Shown: positions 1 to 13,818 of the stretch, piece by piece
Layout: every line of letters starts with the position of its first letter
Position numbering within the stretch: the stretch's first letter is position 1
From: Octopus vulgaris
Lineage: Eukaryota
Assembly: GCA_951406725.2 (NCBI GenBank)
Contig: OX597817.1
Span: forward strand, 69,130,001 to 69,194,000
Direction: 5' to 3'
DNA: 64,000 nt
The notes under the pieces: model-generated
What the model was told of the DNA's origin: nothing
What the model saw: only the letters and a program-made list of their open reading frames with translations
The model's database searches: none
Made by a program: the position numbers and the translations under genes

Positions 1-284
1 TACCTTCCATCATTTCAGGGTTGATGAAATAAGTTGATTACTGGGGTCAACATAATTGATTATGTCTCTCCCCAAAATTTCAGGCCTTGAGCCTATAGTA
101 GAAAAGGTGTGTGTGTGTTTGTGTGTGCATGTGTATGTTTGTACATGATAAAAGCTTCCACAGTTTCTATATATCAGTTTCATTGATAAGGCATTTATAG
201 ATCCATGGTTTAGTAGATGCTTGCCCAGAGTGTCATACAGTGAGATAGAATTTGGATGTGTGATTATGTGTGTGTGTGTATGTA

Positions 285-364
<80 letters not shown>

Positions 365-366
<2 letters not shown>

Positions 367-655
367 ACTCTCCTGTCATTAGATGACATATGAGGGTTCG
401 GCAGTTTCTTGTTGAACAACCACACAGATGATTTGTTTATAGTGATCAAATGTTTGTGTCGACATAAGCTCACTCCCTTCATCAGATCGACATTACCTGT
501 ACAGGTGCAACTTGTCAGATGTCAAAACAATTTCAGAGCAACATGAAATGAAGTGCTTTGCTCAAGAACACAATGCAATGCCTGATCTGGGAATTGAACC
601 CATGGTCTCACAATCGAGAGTGCAACACCTTAACCACTAGACCATGAGCTTTCAC
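365..655 (-). mobile_element. tRNA-derived SINE (family D)
   Basis: Minus strand begins gaaagctcaTGGTCTAGTGGttaagg...GTTCAATTCCcagatcagg, i.e. Pol III A/B-box-like motifs. The same head type occurs at 51010-51298 (-) and 59972-60295 (+). Confidence 0.7.
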
Positions 656-1427
656 ATACATATATATATATATATGTGTATGTGTTGCATTTATATCAAT
701 ACAAAACTCATATACATTATCGTATACAGCATTTATACAGAATAAGCGAGGTTAACAGAATTTCGATAACTCTGTGCAACTATCTGAGTACTGAAAATCT
801 AATTTGTATTGAATTAGAACTACATCATTCATTTATTGCAGGATGTCAAATATTTATTTCCATTCTCAACTACTTTATCTGTAAATATATGTGTGTGACT
901 GTGCATATGGCTGTGAATGAGTGCATGTGTATGTGTGCATCTATATGTGTATACGTTTGCACTAGTATGTCTGTGTGTGTGTATGCATATATGTATATAT
1001 ATGTATATATAAATAAATAAATAGGTATGCATACCCACTCATACATACACACAAAGGGAGAAAGAATATATTCATGCATGCACATAGCTGCATTCATAAA
1101 TATGTGTGTGTGTGTGTCTTGTTTTCCCTCCCATATATATATGTATATATACACACATGTACAACATGTGCTTGCACATGTGGCTCATGCACACAGACAC
1201 AAACACTCCAACACACATGTAAGTAAAGACATCAAGAATGAGAATGCATTCCTCTAAAAAAAGAAGAAAAAAATTACATAATCCTTTCAGTGGGAACTTA
1301 ACTCACTTAAAAATCATTCCCCAAGGCTTTATGTAAATGAAATGTCACACAATTTATTATCGGTGGCTTCTTTCTCTATCAACTGTGCCGTTAATTCTTG
1401 CTGCACCAAGTACATACATACATATAC

Positions 1428-1487
<60 letters not shown>

Positions 1488-1488
1488 C

Positions 1489-1549
<61 letters not shown>

Positions 1550-1703
1550 ATATGTATATATGTATGTATATATGTATGTATATATGTATGCATGTATGTA
1601 TCTATGTATGTATTATTCTGCATATATATGTTTTAACTAAATATATGACATCCTGCTTATATGATAACGAATCTGAATGGATGTGCACAGAAAATACCTA
1701 CAT

Positions 1704-1736
<33 letters not shown>

Positions 1737-2513
1737 CACCCACAGAATCAAACATGCATATACATCACCAAATTGACAAAAACACACACACACACACACA
1801 TACAGAGCCAAATTCACATGCACATATTAATATTGGATATCTATTTTTTAATGGAAGCAAAAACAGAATATATATGAATAAAAAAAAAAAACGAAAATTA
1901 GCTAATTTCAGAATTTGAATGAATTATTAAGAGCAAGAGGTAATGGAAGTGTTGGATAAAAGCACTAAACTGATTTAAATAATCACTCTATACATTTAAT
2001 TTATCATACTATCTTCGTTTTTAGCCTTGTAGTCTTTGCTTCAATCTGGTAATTATGTCTGTTGCAACTTTCGTTAATGATCAGTGCGTCGTGTAGCATG
2101 CGGTAATGACAAGAGGGGTGGGGTGGGGGTATGTTGCGAGTAAGGATGACAGCGCTGTTTTAGAGAGATGCTAAGTGTCATGCAGGTATTGAGTGCATAG
2201 TTGTCATGTTTTGTGGTGAGTATTGGCAGAAGTGTGTGGGGTGGAATGGGATAGGGGGGGTGCAGCGAGAAGTTTCATAACTTGTTCAGAGATGGAAATT
2301 GCATCTCATATGAACCTTTTGCAGAGATTTTAAGGCTGGTTGAGAAAGAGTTTAAAAAAAAAGGTAAGAAAGACCCAAAACTCAAATATTCCTCTCACAC
2401 TAGGAAGCAATCCACCAAAATATATAGTATTATCTCTAGACTAGAATACATGCAACAGAATAGAATCTACTAAAAGCACCAAAGGACCAAGTGGAGGTGT
2501 TAAACCAACACAT

Positions 2514-2835
2514 AGGTGCATGCTTATGGTAAGAAGTTTGCTTTCCAACCACATAGCTTTGGGTTCAATCCCACCACGTGGCACCTTGGACAAGTATCTT
2601 CTATTACATCTTCAAGCCAACCAAATCCATGTGTGTCAGATATAACAGATGGAAACTGAAAAAAGCCCCTTGTGTACATAGGCACAGTTGTGGCTGTGTG
2701 GTAAGAAGCTTATTCCCAACCACATGGTCCAAGGACCAGTCCCACTGCATGGCACATTGGGCAAGTATTTTCTACTATAGCCTCAGGCCAACCAAAGCCT
2801 TGTGAGTGGATTTGGTAGACTGAAACTGAAATAAG
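2514..2835 (+). mobile_element. Two tandem 5' halves of tRNA-derived SINE family A
   Basis: Twice repeated head ...tggtaagaag...ccaaccaca...cccac...tggcacc/attggRcaagt...ccaaccaaa...ggatttggtaga...gaaactgaaa, matching the many other copies in the window. Confidence 0.75.
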
Positions 2836-2864
2836 TTTATCATGAGTGTGTGTGTATAAGTATG

Positions 2865-3015
<151 letters not shown>

Positions 3016-3023
3016 ATATATAA

Positions 3024-3066
<43 letters not shown>

Positions 3067-4560
3067 AAACACACTTGTTACTTCCAAAACTTGTTTATAA
3101 AATATTGTTATATATGTGTGTGTGTTTAAAGTCAGAAAGGTATAGCAACGTACATCAAGCATTTTCTCTTATTGCAATGATAATTATTCATCGATATGTG
3201 CTTAGGGGACTAAAACCTCCCCTTTGATTTGCTTCCAGAAATTAGTAAATCAAACTACAAAATTTTCAACAATAAAACAAATACTCATTAACATGCTGAG
3301 ACTCAGAATTGAACCAGAGCTCTTTACATTTCTACTCTGACACTATGTCAGCTGAGTTGCTTTGGCCACCTGGAAACAAACTCGTGATTTGTTTTAATAT
3401 ATATTTGAAGAAAAAAATTGTTACTGATTAAAAACTAATTCAAAACATAACAGGTTTTATTTAGTTTCATTTGTTTGTTTATTAGGCTATTTTACAAGTT
3501 TTAGTTTGTCTGTAATCTGTATATTTACATAACTAATAGACAAGACATGTTGTCTGTTTTGCAAACACTCTTCTTATCGCCATACGCTTTTATCATCAGA
3601 ATGACAGGTTTAGTAAAAACAAACAGCAACTCAGTGGAATTAGCAGTGATCAAAACCCTTGCAAGTTATGCCTTTAAATAAAGTGCGTATTGAACAGTAT
3701 AGCTCCTTGTATAAAACAATGGGATTGTCATAACTACAGTACCTTTCATCATAGTCTTTCAATTATGTGTGAACTGAGATTACAAGTCAACTCCAAACTT
3801 TACTTCAAACAGTTAATAACTTAAATTCTTCTCATATCAAAGCTTACCATCTTTAAATTAGGAAAGAGGACATTAAAAAATGGATTGGATTCTCACACAC
3901 ATACAAACATACAGGGATTTGTTTATGCATGTGTTTGTGTGTGTGTCTAAGAAGCATTTATCAGTTTTTCAGACTAGTGATGCTAGTGAAGGAGGATGAA
4001 GAGCAACTTCTGAAGTGATTGTGACATCCAGTCTTCAGTCTGTTGCCTCAGTTGCTGATATTTTATACACATACTTTCTCTCTCATACATATTTAAACAC
4101 ACACATCTGCTTCTCTAATTAGCAAAAATGCCAACAACAAAAATAATGTCATTTTGGATTCCTAATATCTAATTAGTCATGAAATTTTGGATAAAATACC
4201 CATTTTCCAAAAGTGTTAACAGAGCAAGAAAAAAATGTCCATTAGCTTGGCATGTCAGTTCTGTGTATGTTACACAAACCAGGCATTCTGAGATAATGGA
4301 CCTATTATTTCTACACACACAGAACCTGCATGCCAAACAAAAGAACATATTTGTCCCTGGTTCACTTTGCACTTTTGAAAAGGGATATTTTACTAAAAAT
4401 TTCAGGACTAAATCCATATTTCAAAGGTAATATTTCAACATTTTTGTCAATGGGACAATTGGATTGTGAAGATTCATCTACAAAGCTATAACCTTCCATA
4501 ACACACTGATTTTCTTCATATGCTTCAAGCAAGCTACAACATTCCTCTTTCTTTTTTACT

Positions 4561-4619
<59 letters not shown>

Positions 4620-4957
4620 ACTCTTTTTGTATACATGCATATCTTGTATGTATAGCTGATGTGTGACCACTACTTTATGAGTTAGAGCTCCATGTAGATT
4701 ATCATTATCTAGTCAGCTATTAGTATAATAGTTAGTCTACCACTGTGCTTACCAGAGCTACTAGTTATGACCTACAGAGCATATGTAAGGGAAAATTAAA
4801 ATAAACACTAGTATAAATTATTAATTCCTATACATAAATTATTATTTCCAAGTGCATTTGGATGCACTTGGAACATCCAATGCTGAGTTCCATATAACTG
4901 CAATGGTGAAACACGTAGGAATTAATAGTTTATACCTGTGTTTACCTTAATTTTCCA

Positions 4958-4990
<33 letters not shown>

Positions 4991-5309
4991 GGATGTGTGT
5001 ATCAGTTGCCAATATATATGTCTGGCAAGGTAGGACACACACTAATTGCTCACATAGTCAAGTGGGTAATACAGGAAGAGTCAGTCCCATTGATAGAGAA
5101 TCAGCAGAATCAGTCAAAGAATTTGAGAAAAAAGTTTCAAATAAAAAAGCAGATCATATAATCAAGAGACTTAAAAGTAAACTTAGAAAGTCAAACATTT
5201 CAGTTGACAGAGAAGGTAACAAAATTCTGCTACAACTCAGGAAGTGTTCTTCAGGGTGGTGCCTCAGCATGGCTGCATCCTAATGACTGAAACAAGTAAT
5301 GATAGAAAG

Positions 5310-5800
5310 CTGTTACCCTTACCAGTAAGAAAAAACTTCCCTCTCAAAAGGAAAGACAATTTGTGTGATGCTTGTATATAGAACACAGTGGCAGTAAATG
5401 AAATAAATTCCAGATGTATAGCTACAAACAGGATGCAGAACAAGTGTGAAGACTGAAGAGACATGAGGCAAACATGATCTTCTCAATATGTATCATCCGA
5501 GTACTTAAACAATGAAATACAAATGAGCAGAGGTAGAAGATGCTTGGTACAAAAGGAATCAGATGCTGTGTGTGTGAGGAAGAAGATTGTGTTAGTACAG
5601 ATATGAGATGTTTATGGAAGAGGGTAGTTGGGGTAAAGAAGAAGGCAAGCAGTCGAAATGGAGGGAACCTGTGGAAGGGGAAAAACACAGGAAGAAGTCA
5701 TGAAGCCAGTCTTAGAAGGTTAAAATTCATGGAAATGATGACAAAATACTCCAAGTGACAGAGTTCAGTGCTGAAGACTCACTCAGCTTGTGAAAACAAC
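5310..5800 (+). pseudogene. Highly decayed RTE-clade LINE, C-terminal region
   Basis: Broken frames give LGTKGIRCC, and RTE-like LCDAC and VEG segments comparable to the better preserved RTE copy at 41130-42957. Many stops and frameshifts. Confidence 0.5.
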
Positions 5801-6881
5801 ATGAAAAAAATGGCTGTATGATAATAATGATATTTTATTTATACACACACATTTCTAATAGATATATCATCAGTGAATATAATTACGTACATATATGTGT
5901 GTATGTGTTTATGTATATTTATGTTTATATGTATGTGTATTGTGTGTGTACACACACACGCACACTCTTTCTTTCTCTCTCTCACTCTCTCTCTCCTTCT
6001 CTTTCCACCTCCTTTTGCTCTCTTCCAAAATCATAAGTATGTACACATACATAAACACACACAAAAAACTAGTCAATCTTCTTAGAAAAGCATACACACA
6101 CATACAAACCTCACAGAGAACTTGAGAATGTTTTGTGTGCATTTTTCTGAGTATCACACACACACACATACACACTGAAGTTTTGTATAAAGACATTCTC
6201 AGAAAGAATTCTTTTGATCTAATAAAGTTGAAGAACTACTCTTGACTGATCACTTGAAACTCATGCCGTCGTCGTTGTTGTTATTATTAATGCTGTTGTT
6301 AATGTTGTTGTTGTTGCCGCAGTTGTTTTTGTCGAAATTCTGGTTTTATTTAAAGGTTGGAATCTATTCTGAGTACTCGGTTTAATAGCCATTCCTTTCA
6401 AAAGTTCTTTTATGTTAAGTGACATTCAATAGCTTTCTATAGTCTCTTTAAGAGCAAAGCACAATTATCTCCCTTTCTCTCACTTCTTCCTGAGTGTGGG
6501 GTGCATCTGTGTGGTTGTGTATTTGTGCATATCTGATATGTGCATTAAAACTAGAGGAAGCCAATCAGAGAGCAAGGTTTTTATTTCTAGATATAGTTAT
6601 TTCTTTTCTCTTAAGTTTGTTGGTAATGGGTTTGTAGAATTAATGAATATCAGCTAAAGTATCTTTTTCCAATACAAATCAAAAGTGCTCATCACCCAGT
6701 GACTGATGCTTCTGTTTCTCAGAGATCATGTAAATAATTGTCTACCAATGTAGAATGCAGGATATGTAGATGGGTATTTATGCACATGCATATGCAAACA
6801 CACACATTGGTTTGGTGGCTTGATAAGTGCAGCACATGAAATTCTTGAATCTTGAACTACTTATGTAGCTCTAAAGCTAGC

Positions 6882-6919
<38 letters not shown>

Positions 6920-6921
6920 TG

Positions 6922-7082
6922 CAACGGGCTTTTTTCACTTTCCATCTACCAAATCCACTCACAAGGCTTTGATCAGCCTGAGGCTATAGCAGAAGACACT
7001 TGCCCAAGGTGCCATGCAGTGGGAATGAACCCGGAACTATGTGGTTGGTAAGCAAGCTACTTACCACAAAGCCACTCCTGCG

Positions 7083-7085
<3 letters not shown>
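6922..7085 (-). mobile_element. SINE family A, 5' half
   Basis: Reverse complement reads aggcgcaggagtggctttgtggtaagtagcttgcttaccaaccacatagttccgggttcattcccactgcatggcaccttgggcaagtgtcttct. Confidence 0.85.
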
Positions 7086-7124
<39 letters not shown>

Positions 7125-7154
7125 TATATATGTATGTATGTGTGTGTGTGTGTA

Positions 7155-7478
7155 GGTTCAGTCCCACTTGGTCAAGTGTCTTCTACTATATCCTCGGGCT
7201 GACCAAAGCCTTATGAGTGGATTTGGTAGATGGGAACTGAAAGAAGCTTGCTGCAAATATATATATATATATATGTGTATGTATGTATATGTTTGATTGT
7301 CTGTGTTTGTCTCCCCACCACTATTGCCTGACAACCAATGTTGGTGTGTTTATGCCCCTGTAACTTAGCAGTTCAGCAAAAGAGACCAATAGAATAAGTC
7401 CTGGGGTTGATTTATTTGATTAAAGGCAGTGCTCCAGCATGGCCACAGTCAAATGACTGAAACAAATGAAAGAATAAA
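7155..7478 (+). mobile_element. SINE family A, 5'-truncated
   Basis: Body and tail ...ggcagtgctccagcatggccacagtcaaatgactgaaacaaatgaaagaataaa are shared with other copies. Confidence 0.8.
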
Positions 7479-7836
7479 GTGTATATATATATATCACATC
7501 ATCATTATATAAATCTTTTATCTACTTTTCCCTTGTTTCAGTTACTTGGCTGTGGCCAAGTTGGGGCATTTGCCTTGAAAGGTTTCCTTGAACAAGTCGA
7601 CTCCAGCACTTAGCTTATTAGTCTCTTTTGCCCAACTGTGGTGATAGCAACATTATTATTCTGCATGTTTGTAAAAGTTAGTAAAATATATTAACATTGA
7701 TAGCAACTCATCAAATCTTCATTAAATTGAATGAATCAATCAATCATTCAACCAATTAATGAATGAATGAATCAATCAATCAATCAGTCAACCAATTAAT
7801 GAATGAATCAATCAATCAGTCAATCAATCAATCATA

Positions 7837-8052
7837 AGAGGGTGTGTCAAAAAGTTCCTGGCTTCAAGGGTATCGCAAAAGGCCCAATTGAAGATCCAAC
7901 CTTCCGAATCCTTTTACAGGGCTTAGAAAAACTGACGGACTTCTGCAATAAGTGTATGAATCTGAGAGAGGAATATGTTAAATAAAATCATAATTAAGTG
8001 ATCCTCCTTTATTTTTTTTACCCAAAGCCAGAAAGTTTTCAGTACCCCCTCA
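7837..8052. mobile_element. Mariner-type MITE
   Basis: Imperfect TIRs agagggtgtgtcaaaaagttcctggc / gccagaaagttttcagtaccccctca, flanked by TA on both sides. Confidence 0.6.
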
Positions 8053-8497
8053 TACATACATAAAATGGGTAAAGACCCCCTTTGGTCATGAATGACTATG
8101 AGATAGAATACAGCAGCAAATTTGGTTTTCAACATTAGGTATGATACATAGATGGCTACTTAATTAAATACTGCTTCAGTTACATTCACCGGATTATATT
8201 TCATCCTAGAAGCTATTCAGAACATCAGTGAATGAATTATTTACAGTTTCTTTTATCAGAGACGACAAATCTCATCTAGGCATGTGGCTGGTAGTGAGTA
8301 TATGCCATTAACTAGGCCCATCAATGCCAAAATGCATCTAGTATTCTTGCTATCCACAGCAGGGTTGATTTTTCATCTCTTTCAATATAATGTATTTTTA
8401 AACACAGCAATAACCATAAGAAAAATTCACAGTAACTTGCATGTCAACACTGTACATTCATTAAGTATGATGCATAGATGACTATATACATACACAC

Positions 8498-8543
<46 letters not shown>

Positions 8544-8698
8544 TCATATATATATATCATCATATCATCATCATTGTTTAATGTCCTATGATGATGATGA
8601 TGATTATGATATATATATATATATATATATGGGTGTATGTATGTAGTCATCTATGCATCATAATGTATATAACTGTCAACATGCAATTTCTGTGGATT

Positions 8699-8746
<48 letters not shown>

Positions 8747-9247
8747 AAGAGAGGAAGAGAAAGAGAGAGAGAGAAGGTGAAAATATTTATCATATGTCTT
8801 TTGGTTGCCCTGACATAGAAAATCTCAACATTTGAATAAATCATTGAAGGTATATTTAATAAACCCAAATCTAGCTTTTCTTATATAATCAATAGCCTCT
8901 AAATAAATAAATAAAAAAATGAATACACATTTTACTCAGCTTTTAGTGACAAGTATACCAGAAGTATATATATCAAATATGCGTTTACAATTTTCCTTTT
9001 TAAACAGAGTGCTTTTCTGCTGATATACAAAATACCCTTGAAAATCAATAATGAAAAAAAAAAAAGTTAAAGAAAGACATACGAAAGCCTTGTAAGTGCC
9101 AAAATACCAAGTAAAAGTTTTGGCACTGGAATCTCACATAATATAGAAAGGCAGAAGCAATACAAACAAATGTTTAATATATATATATATATGTGTGTGT
9201 GTGTATATATGTATATCTATATATGTATATATATATATATATGCATG

Positions 9248-9280
<33 letters not shown>

Positions 9281-9637
9281 GTGTACATATATATATATAT
9301 GTACGTATGTATGTGTATATATATTATATGTACCTAATAATGAAGATGATTACAAACTTTCTAAGTAGATGGACAAAAAATGTGTCGATGTACAGGCTGA
9401 TAGATATTTATTAATGAACTTAAGAAACGGTAACAATCATATGTGTATATACAAATATATATGTGTGTGTGGGTGTGCGTATGAATGGGCATCAATATAT
9501 ATATATATATATACATATCGTTGGTAAAACATAAATCTGAAAAAGAAGCACACTCTTTGTTATAGAGCAGTATATAATGTAAATAAAATTTTGTAAGCAG
9601 AAAATGTTCAGAAGGCCAATGCATAGATTTGTGTATA

Positions 9638-10972
<1,335 letters not shown>

Positions 10973-10987
10973 CACACATATACACAA

Positions 10988-11474
10988 GAAGTATGAGAAA
11001 CTAGATCTAGGCAGCTTGAACATGAAACAGGTAGAATATTAGGGCTTGATATAGCCAGTTTAAATGTTAAAGGGTTAATAAATTTACATTATGGTAGGTA
11101 CCAAACAGTTACTGTACAAGCAACCAAACAGATCTCACTTGACAACCAGTATTGGGTTTTTTACGTCCCCGTAACTTAGCAGTTATAAAGAACTTGATAG
11201 ACTTAAAAATAAGAACTGCGGATGATTTGTTCAACTAAATCCTTCAAGAAATATTCCTGTATTCCAATGATTAAAACAGGTAAAAGAATAAAATAATGGA
11301 AGAACAATGTTAATGTTCAACTGATTTATGCAAATGGTTTTGCTTTCACTGTTTATTCTTGTTTATTTTAGGCTGTCAAATTAATACAAGTTTAAGCTAT
11401 TTTATTGTATGAGTTTAAAAATAGATTGCAAAGCAGCAGAAACTGCTTGCAATATCAACTGAGCAACTGACCAA
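10988..11474 (+). repeat. Near-identical copy of 12891-13381
   Basis: 487 vs 491 bp; about 5 substitutions and one 4-bp indel found by eye. Confidence 0.95.
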
Positions 11475-11513
11475 CCCATGCTAGCATGGAAAGCGGACGT
11501 TAAACGATGATGA

Positions 11514-11555
<42 letters not shown>

Positions 11556-11661
11556 ATGTATACATATTGTTTTGTGTTTGGGGAGAGTCATTTTCTTTTT
11601 GTGCCTTATAATGTAACACACTCACCGGTAAAATTTCCATTTATTTCTTATTTTTATTTTC

Positions 11662-11698
11662 CTAAAATTTTCGTTGCGTCTTGTAACCTTTTCAGTAG
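11662..11698 (-). ncRNA. Atypical or degenerate hammerhead-like motif
   Basis: Minus strand: cta CTGAAAA ggttacaagacgcaac GAAA ATTT tag. The core has A at position 8. It adjoins the short palindrome tagtc-tt-gacta, inside a short element between TA tracts (about 11567-11710). Confidence 0.3.
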
Positions 11699-11746
11699 TC
11701 TTGACTAAATGAAATATATATACATATATATATATACATACACACA

Positions 11747-11843
<97 letters not shown>

Positions 11844-11851
11844 TGAACTGT

Positions 11852-12216
11852 GAACATGCTGGGGCATGGGCATCAGCTTGCTTTAGTTGAATCGATCAGC
11901 TCCAGTACTTATATTTTTAATTCTGTTACTTACTCTAAGGTGCCTTTCGTTGAACCACTAAGTTACAAGGACATAAACAAACCAACACTAGTTTTCAAGT
12001 AGTGGTAGGTACTAACGCAAACACACCAATATGCATTTACATATATGACAGACATCCATACAGTTTCCATCTACCAAATTTAGTCATAAGTCATAAGGCA
12101 CTGATCAGCCTAAGGATATAGCAGAAGACACTTATTCAAGGTGCCACATAATAGGACTGAACCTGAAAGCACATGGTTGCACAGTGAATATGTTAACCAC
12201 GCAGTCATACCAGCCT
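11852..12216 (-). mobile_element. SINE family A, old diverged copy
   Basis: Recognisable head (gaagacacttattcaaggtgccaca...) and body (aaaccaacactagttttcaag). Confidence 0.65.
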
Positions 12217-12760
12217 TATATATGGGAAGAGTGTATCTTATTTATTTTAAATAGATGTAAACATTGATGAGAAAAGAAAAGAAAAGAAAACAGAACAAAA
12301 CGGTGCTTGCAAATGGAAATACCCTATGTGGCACTTGGACTCACTGGAAGCCTGTAACAGAATCATGAAACATTTATAATGGTATGGTGTAATATGAGGG
12401 AGAATTGGCTGCTATATCTAGCAAATTGACCAATTATACAACATTACAACTATATATGCTTTCCTATATCAGATTGTTATGACTTTAATATTAATGAAGG
12501 CATGATAATCAAAATCTACCCTCAGCCTTTTGCATATGAGGCATGATACTTCACTGGATTACATAAGAGTGAAGAAGATGAAGAAGATCCTATTCTTTCC
12601 ATGAACATGGTTCTCTTCAATGCAGTGGAACTTTATTTTGGATTCGATGAAGTGAAACATGGAACAGCAGTGTCCATGCATTTACTAAGTTTATTAGGGA
12701 AATAAGTGATAAGAAATTCCTCACTGAAACAGAAGCTGAATTGAAAACAAAGTCTATTAA

Positions 12761-12977
12761 GCCTTTAGCCTTCAGATGACGCTGTCATACATAGTGCATA
12801 TTTATTCCCATTTTCTTGAATTAATTATGTATTATCTCATAGCTTTGAAATTTCAATCGTGTGATAGCTTATTTTTGGAATGATGTAGAGGAAGTATGAG
12901 AAACTAGATCTAGGCAGCTTGAACATGAAACAGGTAGAATATTAGGGCTTGATATAGCCAGTTTAAATGTTAAAGGG
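12761..12977. mobile_element. TTAA-specific (piggyBac-like) MITE
   Basis: TTAA at 12757-12760 and 12978-12981; ends gcctttagccttcaga / tttaaatgttaaaggg. Confidence 0.65.
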
Positions 12978-13289
12978 TTAATAAATTTACATTACGGTAG
13001 GTACCAAACAGTTACTGTACAAGCAACCAAACAGATCTCACTTGACAACCAGTATTGGGTTTTTTACGTCCCCGTAACTTAGCAGTTTTGCATAAAGAAC
13101 TTGATAGACTTAAAAATAAGAACTGCGGATGATTTGTTCAACTAAATCCTTCAAGAGATATTCCTGTATTCCAATGATTAAAACAGGTAAAAGAATAAAA
13201 TAATGGAAGAACAATGTTAACGTTCAACTGATTTATGCAAATGGGTTTGCTTTCACTGTTTATTCTTGTTTATTTTAGGCTGTCACATT

Positions 13290-13690
13290 AATACAAGTTT
13301 AAGCTATTTTATTGTATGAGTTTAAAAATAGATTGCAAAGCAGCAGAAACTGCTTGCAATATCAACTGAGCAACTGACCAAAGGCTTTTAACAAGTGTAC
13401 AGCTCTATATTGGTTCCAAAAATTTTCTAGTGAAGGCAAGAGCCTTCAAGATGCCTAATATCACAGATAACCTTCTGTAAATAACAATGAGCATTCAAAA
13501 GCCATTATTGAAGTGGACCTACATAAAATAACTAACGTGAGAGGTCACAGAACTAACATTTTGACCATTAGAAAATATTAAACATTTGCATCACACTGGA
13601 AAATAAAAAAAAAAAACACAAAAGATAGACAAATGAGTCAAAGAAACTGAACAATGATAAAAAAAGGGAGTCATTCATAAGTTGATCTCA
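13290..13690 (+). pseudogene. Mariner transposase N-terminal (HTH) remnant
   Basis: Frames give LYEFK, KAAETACNIN, WFQKFSSEGKSLQD, resembling mariner DNA-binding domains; frameshifted. Confidence 0.65.
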
Positions 13691-13766
13691 CTGGAATTTT
13701 GAACTCAGAATATGAAAGAGATAACCTAAAGCTGCTTAGTCTGGAGCTCCTCTATCTTTCCCCGCA

Positions 13767-13818
<52 letters not shown>

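Noticed and set aside
440-490. Minus-strand CTGATGA...AAAC motif
   Set aside because: No GAAA, no stem II, and it lies in a SINE body.
2115-2260. G-quadruplex candidates
   Set aside because: Only three clean G runs in the first cluster and irregular runs in the second; no functional context.
4993-5283. 96-aa Lys-rich ORF, possible exon or Penelope RT N-terminus
   Set aside because: Only a loose resemblance to the DKG motif (DREGN); its end runs into a SINE tail.
6261-6425. 54-aa minus-strand small ORF MSLNIKELLKG...TTTTA
   Set aside because: Half of it derives from an (AAC)n-like tract; no other support.
8260-8293. 34-nt micro-exon candidate (ttcttttatcAG ... GTGAGT)
   Set aside because: Good splice-like signals but no supporting exons or recognisable peptide; such pairs arise by chance in 64 kb.
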